DNA of 64,000 nucleotides from Piromyces finnis finn (Eukaryota; Fungi; Neocallimastigomycota): NCBI GenBank assembly GCA_002104945.1, contig MCFH01000006.1:1250211-1314210 (forward strand). The letters are read 5' to 3'. Below are positions 54,382 to 64,000 of this stretch, one piece after another. Under the pieces are notes generated by a model that saw only the letters and a list, made by a program, of their open reading frames with translations, ran no database searches and was not told where the DNA came from. Numbering within the stretch: the stretch's first letter is position 1; each line of letters begins with the position of its first letter. The position numbers and the translations under genes were made by a program.

Positions 54382-57300
54382 TTATTTCTTATTGTCAATA
54401 ACATCATTAAGAGCCTTAATACCAAAATCTAATGATACATGATCTGTTATAAATCTTTTTTAAATTAAATATATATATTAATAAATATATGTTAATAAAT
54501 TTATATTAATAAATAATAATAAATATTTTACATTTTACATTTTTATATAAAATTAGATTTAAGAAAATATGATTTAAAAAAAAAAAAAAAAGAATAGTTA
54601 CTTTCTAGGGGCAACGGATATAGAGTGTTTACCATCAATTTGAAGATCTATTAAATTAGAATCATGTGCACCAGGACTAAATGAAACTCTCATTGAATAC
54701 TCTGAAATATATTGATCTGGACCAACATTCTTACTTCTTTCATAAATTTCAAATGTTATTTGTGTTAAGTCTAATCATTGGTATATTTATAAATAAAGAA
54801 AAAAAAAAAGATTAATAATAATGAATCATTTTATATGTCTTTATATACAATCCAAATAAATTAATATATAAGGATGATAATATATATAAAAATATAATTA
54901 TAAAAATATAATTGAAAATAAAATAATTACAATCAAGTTCATCAGTATCAGCTTTATCAACACTTGTTGGTAATTCACTTAATAAAATGATATTTAATAA
55001 GCAAATTACCTTTGATTCCTTTGTGAAAAAGAGACGAGCACAAGGGGTTGGTGAAGACTTGACTTCCTGTATATGACCTAGTATTTTTAAAAGTAATGGT
55101 TTTGAATTTAATAAACCAATTTCCAACTTCTCGGAATCTTCAATACCATACTCATGTGGTGCTACAAAATCAAACAAAACTTTAGCTTTTCTATAAAGTT
55201 GTCTTAATAAATCTCGACCATATTTAGGTGAAGAAAATATGCCTTCTAAGAAATCTCTATTATGAAGAGCATCATATTTCAATGAATCATAGAGTTCTGA
55301 AATTTTTGAGGTATCGAATACATTTTTTCTGTTATAAGTATCACAAAATTCATGGAAAAGTTTTTCCCAACGTTCTTTAAATAAATCTGGACTTTCTGAA
55401 CAACACCATCTTGACTGTAGTTTATCAACATCCAAAGTTCTGAAATTTTCATTCATAACTTCTCTTAATGAACATAATAAATCAATAGTATCTTGTACTA
55501 ATACTGGAGGATCTTCCATATTTTTTGGTAAAATAAAACTAGATGGACAGCTAAATCCTTGTTTTGGATTAAATATATCTTGAAGTTTTGTTTTAACACT
55601 TTCCATTTGTTCCTTTGCTGCATTTGTATCATCTAGCATTTCTTTACTTATTATTAAAAAATCTTTTGGTAATTCAGAAACCTTTAAAAATGCCTTTGAG
55701 AATATATCAGCCGTTGCAACAACACGTCTTTCCGATGAACTATACATTTTTACATTATCTAAACATTTTGGATTCATAATTGTTATATCCTATAATATAT
55801 TAAAACAACATAAAAAAAAATTAAAAAACATTTAATATATCAATATATATATATATATTTTTCTATAAAAAATAAATTAAAATATATCTTTACCTTATTC
55901 AAATTTTCGCCTAAATCTCTACTATGATGACGACCTGCATGTGTGAACTGTCATGATGGTAATAATTATATTAAATTTATTATAAAATGAACGATTAAAT
56001 AAATAAATTTTATTATATTATTTTTATATATAATATAATTAAAAAAGAAAAAAAAAAAAATCTACCTCACCACCCCTTTATATGATGATAATAATAATAA
56101 TAATAATAATAAATTGAATAATTAATTTAACTGTAAATAAAAAAAAATAAATAAAAATAAATTTAAATTTATATATAAATATATACCATTTTACAATTAA
56201 TTGAAATTTTTTTAGATCACCCGTTTCTTTATTATAACTTGGTTTAAGCTGTACCTTTGTTCCAGGTAGTTTTGACTTTTTATATAATATATATTTTAAT
56301 TGTTCTAATAATGCTAAATCTTCGCATTTTAATTCATATGCTTCATTAGCAGCTTTAACGACTTCTTTTAATTGATCTGGATTTCTAAGAATTATCTTGT
56401 ATTAAAATTATCATAATAAAAAAAATAGGATAATAATAAAAAATAGGATAATAATAAAAAATAATATTATTATAATTATTACCATTATAAGTATTATAAT
56501 TATTAAGACTTCGAAAAAAAAAATATATATATATATATATAATAAAATTGTATTATAGAAATTGAAAAAATACCTCATCTTTCGAACCCTTTAATAAATC
56601 AACAAATGGCTTGCTTCTAAATTGGAACTTCATCTTTTGTTTTGGAGTTCTATCACCATGTCTAAATACTGATATAAATCCCTTCAATCTCCATCTGGTA
56701 TCAAAATTTTGTTCCTTTACTACAGAACTTTTTATATTTCTTTGGGTTGCATATTCTAAAAATAAATTTCTTAAAATCTTATGAAAACAAAATATATAAA
56801 AAAAAATAAATTAAATTATTTATAGTTATTAATATTATAATAATATTTATAGTGTATTATTGCTCTTTATAGTTTTTATAAAAAAAAAAAAGTTATATTA
56901 ACAATTTTACTTACTCTTGCACAATTATCATAATATTCATCATTACCCTTAACAAATGACCAACCATTAACATCAATAACATATGATTTTCCACGAACTC
57001 TTAACAAATCAAAACCACAAACAGCTTGTAAAAAGGCAGTGCATACATTATTAGCAAACATTTTTTCTTCTTCACTTAAAGCTGTTACATATCTTACTTC
57101 TTTTCCTTCAGCATTTCTGCAAACGACACCATCAACAACTGGTGATCTATTAGTATTACATGTTATATAAATTTGAGTTTTTATCAAGAATATTATTGAA
57201 ATATTAAATATCATTTTGTTTGTTATTATTTTTAAATATTAAAATTCGATAAATATATTTTTTATGTTGATTATTTTAATAAATATAATAGATTGATATA

Positions 57301-58819
57301 TTATTGATAATATTAAAAATTACAATAGTTAATAGTTAATATTAATAATTAATAGTTAATATCAATAAAATATTATTTTTAAATATAAATCAAAATTCAT
57401 AGTCACTTTCTAGTTTCAGCATGTGCATAATTTTCACCAATAGTATATACTTTAACATCTTCACAATTATCAACTTTCATAAATTCTTCATATATATATT
57501 CAGCATCTGTTCTAATATTTGTTATTGTTGGACAAAACTCACTTGACTTATTTCCGACCTATAATGTTCATTAAATATATTTATATTATTATTATTATTA
57601 TTATTATTATATTATTATTATTATTAAATCATTATGTTATCAAGTTATTTATTTACTATATCAAATTTTTATAAATATTTTAAATAAAAAACTTCGAAAA
57701 ATAATAAATAACTAAATAATTTCATTTATTTAATATTTATTAATATTACCTTTCTAAATAATTTTCTTACACCACCACCAGTTGATTGAGGATAATATAT
57801 ATATATATTATGATCTTCACCACATATTGGCTTCTCTACAAATGGTTTTTTCAATATTTTTCCATCTAATGATATAGTATCAGCATCAATTTGAATAATT
57901 TTTCCATTGGTTTTAAATTCTGGAGCATAAAGATCAATACCCATTCTTTCTTTAACTTTTTCTATTAAACTATCAGGTACCCATTCACTATGATTATTAT
58001 CAACAAAAAGTCTTTTTGGAGATGAAGCATGAATAGCATCTAATAATTTTAAAACAAGACGTCTATCTAATAATAAGCGTTGCATCTCTAAATCATTGAT
58101 ACAGTATGGTTTTCTTAAATTAACATAATCAATTGCTTTTTGAAGTGGGAATCCTTTTGAAAAAAAAGATATTAAAAAATCACATATTGGCCAACTTTCA
58201 ATACCTTTTAAATAAATTATTAATTAAAAATAAATAGTAATTTTTTTATTAGATACTAATTTGCAATTTGCATATTTGAATAATATATAATTTATATATA
58301 TATGCCCTATATTGATAATATTTATTAAATAACCATTTTTTTTTTCTTTTTTTTTTTTTTTTTGTTTGTTTGTTTTCGGTTTTTTTTATAATAATAATAA
58401 TAATAAAACACATATATATATTTCTTTTAATAGCATAAATAATTATTCCAAAAATTCAATATTAAGTTGCATTCTATATGTAAACTTTATTTTTGAAATT
58501 AAAAAAAAAAAAAAAAAGGATTTCAATTTACTTTCATCAAGAATGACTTTATCTCCGAATATTACAATTTGAAATTCTCCTGTTGAAAGTAATCTATTTA
58601 ATATATTTCTCATGGGCTTTGAACGTGCTTTATTGTCCATAGCACATATCCCAATAACATCTATATAATGTGTAATATATAATATATATTCATTTTAAAA
58701 AAGCATATTCAATAAAATAAAAAAGAAAAAAGAAAAAAAATTATTTGTTAGTATATTTTAAATGAAGTAAAAGATTTATATTTATTATTTAAAGAAATGT
58801 TTTTATCATATATAACATT

Positions 58820-58865
<46 letters not shown>

Positions 58866-58938
58866 AGTAATAATTACATTTGGGTGAATTTTCCAAATTA
58901 TCAGATTTCATATACCATAATGAATTTTCGGTAGCCAT
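54382..58938 (-). CDS. VIP1: Inositol hexakisphosphate and diphosphoinositol-pentakisphosphate kinase (PPIP5K), kinase plus histidine acid phosphatase-like domains; many exons
   Basis: [149 protein letters not shown] at 58938; TAA at 54382-54384. Confidence 0.96.
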
Positions 58939-59674
58939 TTTTAATATCAATTAACGTTTTTAAAAAAATCTATATATTTTATTTTTATTATTATTATTTT
59001 TTTTTTTTTTTTTGCTTTAAAAAGAAATAATAGAGTTGTTGTTGTTGTTTTTTACTATTTCTATATTTTTATTTTTTATTATTTATTTTTTAATACTAAT
59101 TTTATTAATATAGTATTGTTAATATTTATTATTATTATAAATTGTAATTAGTTATTATATATAACAATAATATAATAATATTTCTTTATTGTGGTAAAAA
59201 TTTAATAAGCGTATTATTTCTGGGAAGTATTTGTATTTTTATTTAAATCATCACAAATTACTTTTTATTATATTTTAATTGTAATAATGTAATCAAAATT
59301 AAATAATTTTATGTTAATATTATATACTTTTTTATCTGAAATATAATATGCTAATTAAATTATTATTAATAAAATAATAAAAAGGGAATTTTAAATAAAT
59401 TATTTAAAAATAAAAAAGTATTTGAACCAATTTTCAATTGATTGAAAGTTTAAAAAAAATATCAGTAATTATTTACTTAATTGAACAATAAAAATAATAA
59501 AACTTTCGTTAATTTATCCTTTGCTTCTATTAAACAAATAATTATTAAAATATATAGAAATTAATTAAAAACTTCAATTTTAATATTTTAGCTTAACTTT
59601 ACGTTTAACTAAATATTAACATTGATTTAAAAAAAAAAAAAAAAAAGGCTCTCTTTATTGCTTAACAGAAACAA

Positions 59675-59708
<34 letters not shown>

Positions 59709-60420
59709 GATTTTTATTTTTTTTATTAATATATATAATGTGTAATGTAATATATATAATTAATATATAAATAGAATATTTTGATAATAAATAAAATTGT
59801 AAATTAAATATTTAATATATATTTTTTAATAAATCAAAATTTTTTTAATTATTACATCTTTAAAAGATGATTAAAGATGTGTAATATTTAAAATATTTAA
59901 AAAAGTGCTATATTATTTTCAAGTTAAATCCAATTTTAAATTCACAAGTATTTCATTGTAATATATAAATACTTTCTTATTAGTTATATAAAGGTAGCTA
60001 TAGTTTATTTTAGACCCTTTATTATTTATTATTTAATTGATGATTATATATTACTGTATATATAAAAATAGATCGAAGCATATAGTTATATATTTGATAT
60101 CAGAAAAAGAAAGTATTTTACAGGAAAAAAGCACCAATCTAATCATCAAATTAAATTTCACAAATTAATTATTAAATGCAACAATAATAAGAAAGGTATT
60201 CAAAGCATAAAGCATGCCTTATAAAAAAAATATCTAAGAGTTAAATTGAATCTAAAAAATTAATATAGCATATAAAATAAATATATTATATATAATAAAT
60301 TTATTCAATATAGATTTATTGAAATATCTACCAATAAAATAAAAGTATTTAAATAACTGAAAAGGTGTGAGAATTAATCGATTAATATAATTTCCGTTTT
60401 TTTTTTTTTTTTTTTTTTGA

Positions 60421-60545
<125 letters not shown>

Positions 60546-62689
60546 TACTCCTTTGATATTATCTATAATAAATTCCATAATAAATATTTCAAATAAATAA
60601 TGGCATTAAATTTATAGAACTTTTTTTTTTTTAGGTATAATAAACTATACGAACGAACTAACTAAAATAAATATTTATATTAATTTAATAATTGATTTTT
60701 AATTCATTATTAGGGATAAAATTATTATTATGTTTTATAAAATTATAAAATTTATTTTATATTTAAATATTTTTTATATTTAATTTATTAGTAGTAGTAG
60801 TAGTATTAAAAAAAAAAAAAGAAAAGAAAAAAGAAATGTAATAAAAGTTAAATATAAACTTTGAAGTTAAAAAATAATTTACAATTAAATATTATTCTTA
60901 AATCTTAATACCTAAATGAAATTAAAAAGTAACATTATTGCCTATAATAATATTTTTTAAAGGCTTATTAGAATTTTTAATAAAAATAATACTCAATAAC
61001 ATTATTAATGAAAAAAAAAAATACATCAAAACAAATATTTCGAGTTTAATATATTCTATATAAATACAAATGAAAAAACTATGAAACAAGATTTTAAATT
61101 TATTATGGTAAATATAATGAATATATAATTCACAAAGTAACATTATTTATTTTATTATTATTATTATTTTATTATTATTATTATTATTATTATTTGACAA
61201 TTTTATAAATTTCCAATATACTATTTTTTAATGTGGTATTAAAATAATATTAATTTCTCTTTTTATTGTCACTATCTTTATTATTAATGACATAAAAATG
61301 CTAATAAAAATAACTATGCCCAGATTTCTAAATTTTAATTTAAGCAATGATGTTAAAAACAAATAGAAAATTTAAATATGTATGATTTGGGTATAATAAT
61401 ATTAAAACTATAATTTTATTAATAAAAAAAAACTATCATATTTCCATAATAATTACAAAATATATAAAACTAAAATAGCAAGGATTACTTTTCTATTAAA
61501 CTCAAAATTATAAATGCTATAATTATTTTTATTAAAATGGTATTTTTTAAAAAAAAATAAAACTCGATATTATATTAAATGTTTCAATTTTTGTTTTATT
61601 TTTCCTTAAATATTATTATTTATAATAAATACAAATTAATACACATGGCATATTAATTTTTGTTGGACAATAAAAAAGTGGATAATTCAAGATCAAAATT
61701 TCAAATAGATCACATGCATTAATATATAATCAATGTTTTTGTTGGATAAAAAAATGTAAACTTAAATAATTCCATAAATTTAACAATTGAAAAAATATTA
61801 TATTATTCTAACCTTCTTATACTAAGGTTATGAAATAAGATAATTAATTTTTTTTTTTTTTTTCTTAATATTTAATTTACAAAGGCAAAACTTTAAATGA
61901 TTTTTTTAAAATATATATAATAATATTAATGTTTATAATATTTTAAAAAATATTAAAACGAATACTTTTTTTATTTGAAAATTTAAAAATAATATATAAA
62001 TTTAATATTTGTAATAAAATCTTTATAAATAATATTTGTAATCCTTCAATTCCTAGGCAAAATAGTGAAAATAAATAGTTTTATTTGCAATAAAAATTAT
62101 AGATTACTTATTATATTAAATTTGTAATTAAGACACACCATTAAATATAAATAAATAAAAATTTATTTAATTATTTTAGTAATTTATATAAAAAAGTCAT
62201 TATACTTGAGTACAATATTAGCTGTAGTGATTGTTTATGACTTTAAATAAAATCCAGTTTTTATTATGGAACAAAGTTATAATTACATTGGCTACTTTGA
62301 TTCTACTTATCTTTTTTTTTTTTTTTTAACAGCACAAATATTACTACTTATTATTAATTTAATTAAAATTATAAATACTGCTATAAAAAATAAAAATAAA
62401 AATAAAAAAAATAAAAATTAAAAAAAAAAAAGTTTAAATAAACACAAATGAATAAAAATTGAATATTGTAGTAACTTTAGTTAAAGTGAGAAAGCCACTA
62501 TTATACGAAAGTATAATTCTACCAACTTATCATACTGTTTCTTTAGTATTTTTTTTAGATTAGGAAGAGAATATACTTCTTGTATTTATTTATTTAATTT
62601 GTGATTATATTAGATAATAATACATATTGATATAATAATATAATAAAATATATGTATAAATATAAATATAAAATAAAATAAAATAATTA

Positions 62690-64000
62690 TTAAAGTTACA
62701 TAAAAGTTCAATGAACTCTGCAATTCGTACTGTGTAGGATTGGTCCCTACCTAATGAAATAAAAAAGGGAAGTAATATCAGGTATGATAGTGTGGTGTTC
62801 ACTAAGCTCTCCCATGAGCTCAAAATGTTTTCATTCGAAGAAATACTAGCATTGAACCCTGTCTATTGAATATTAAGAATGTTCCTTTGCCATATCGATA
62901 GGACGTCGGCGCTCTTTATTACACTAGATATCTTACTAAATCTATTAAAAAGAAGCTCCATTGAGCTACTAATGATAGGGATTGTTTTAGTAAGAAAAGC
63001 CGCGAGATCCTCTACATATGAAGTATTTTTTTTTTTAACAGCATCAAATATTTTTAAACTTTATTAAAAGATTTCGAGAATTGTCCATCTAATTTGACAT
63101 TAGCCTTATGTTAAATACAAATTTTTGATGAATTGTAAATTTTTATGTCTATAGTTTCGTAAGGTAACACGACAAGGATACTCTGTATTTGATCTAAATG
63201 TTGATGAGATTGTTGAATTAATTGCGAAAACCAAATTGCTCAGGTCTTATAAAATTATGAGAAAGAGCATACTTTGAAATTCTATTAGTTACAATTTTTG
63301 AAATAATTTTAAGACCTACATTGATGAGAGAAATACCACGATAATTATTACAGTCTGAAAGATCGCCTTTCTTTGGAATAGAAACAATGGAAGCAGAGTT
63401 CCATTTCAAAGGAAAGGAACCATTCCAGATTTTATTAAAAATTAATTTAAGACAATTTCCAGCAGACTTATGTTCTTTCTCCAGTTCTTCGTTACAAAAG
63501 AAAGCTTTGAAAAATTCAATTGGGATACCATCGGGACCTGGAGCCTTGTTATTCTTCATTGACAGAACAACATTTCTAATTTCCTCAATAGAAATGGGAC
63601 CATTTATATCCCATGCTATTTGATTGATATGGTTGAATTGGAAGGCTCTTTCCCAGTAACCACGATTTAAGCTGTGATTTGTAACATCAGATGCAAGATT
63701 TTCATAATGTTCAGCCCAACGTTTTAATTGTTCTTGAGGAGTAAATAAATCCTTGCCATTCTTGTCCTTAATAGTTGAAACATGGGAGGACGAATAACTT
63801 GGTTTGGCAAGTTTTTTAAGGCCTTTCCAACCTTGTCTAAAGCTTTTATCAATAAAATGTTTACCGATAGAAACTAAACAATATTAGCTTTATAGAGATT
63901 GGATCTGAATTTACTCTTAACCCTTTTTGATGGTATTACATAGATTTTGGTATATGGAGAACTGGTTAAGATAATTTTCCATGTCAGCGCAATCTGAAAG
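62690..64000 (-). mobile_element. Degenerate non-LTR retrotransposon (LINE, RTE-like) fragment, continuing beyond the window
   Basis: Minus frame reads EQLKRWAEHYENL..ISIEEIRNVVLSMKNNKAPGPDGIPIEFFK..WNSASIVSIPKKGDLSDCNNYRGISLINVGLKIISKIV..RPEQFGFRN, the start of a non-LTR RT domain. There are in-frame stops upstream (~63880-63920) and an abrupt stop after QFGFRN. GC content is higher than the flanks. The left boundary is approximate. Confidence 0.9.

Noticed and set aside
55004-55009. AAG/GTAATT as a splice donor that might bring in a His codon
   Set aside because: The sequence after it stays homologous to Vip1 ([11 protein letters not shown]), and I found no nearby acceptor restoring ESH; treated as coding pending cDNA.
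60065-60225. ~50-codon open stretch without ATG (EAYSYIFDIRKRKYFTG..)
   Set aside because: No start codon, splice context or recognisable motif; possibly an old repeat relic, but unsupported.
61643-61760. Degenerate direct repeat CACATG(G)CAT..TTTTGTTGGA..AAAAA
   Set aside because: Only two poorly matching copies; consistent with a local duplication of no evident function.
63387-63623. Plus-strand ORF over the LINE (also 62879..63067)
   Set aside because: Antisense shadow of the retrotransposon ORF.

Overview
Extremely AT-rich eukaryotic genomic DNA with short GT-AG introns and long (AAT)n/(TTTA)n microsatellites. The composition and gene set point to an anaerobic gut fungus (Neocallimastigomycota); this is an inference. 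Most genes are intron-split, so the ORF track fragments them or misses them. In order: the 3' end of a PFK26-type PFK-2/FBPase-2; a ~3,470-aa EPG5 autophagy tether (two track ORFs joined by one intron); proteasome beta5 (PRE2); an ERGIC-53/Emp47-like L-type lectin; ZGPAT; an unrecognised multi-exon C-terminal RING protein; HGH1; a candidate box C/D snoRNA; a small dsRBD-like protein; CLU1; delta-COP; MetAP2; DPM2; a low-complexity hypothetical locus; VIP1/PPIP5K; and a decayed, internally deleted RTE-like LINE at the right edge. I saw no tRNA, rRNA or CRISPR array. The best leads are: (1) an unannotated C/D snoRNA-like element at 31011-31120 with a possible loop-out complementarity around an 18S acetylation site; (2) a His-to-Lys change in the second catalytic motif of the VIP1 pyrophosphatase domain; (3) EPG5 with both LIR positions retained; (4) PAC/RRPE-like elements upstream of HGH1; (5) a 10-nt microexon in VIP1. 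All family calls rest on motif recognition from memory; no database searches were run.
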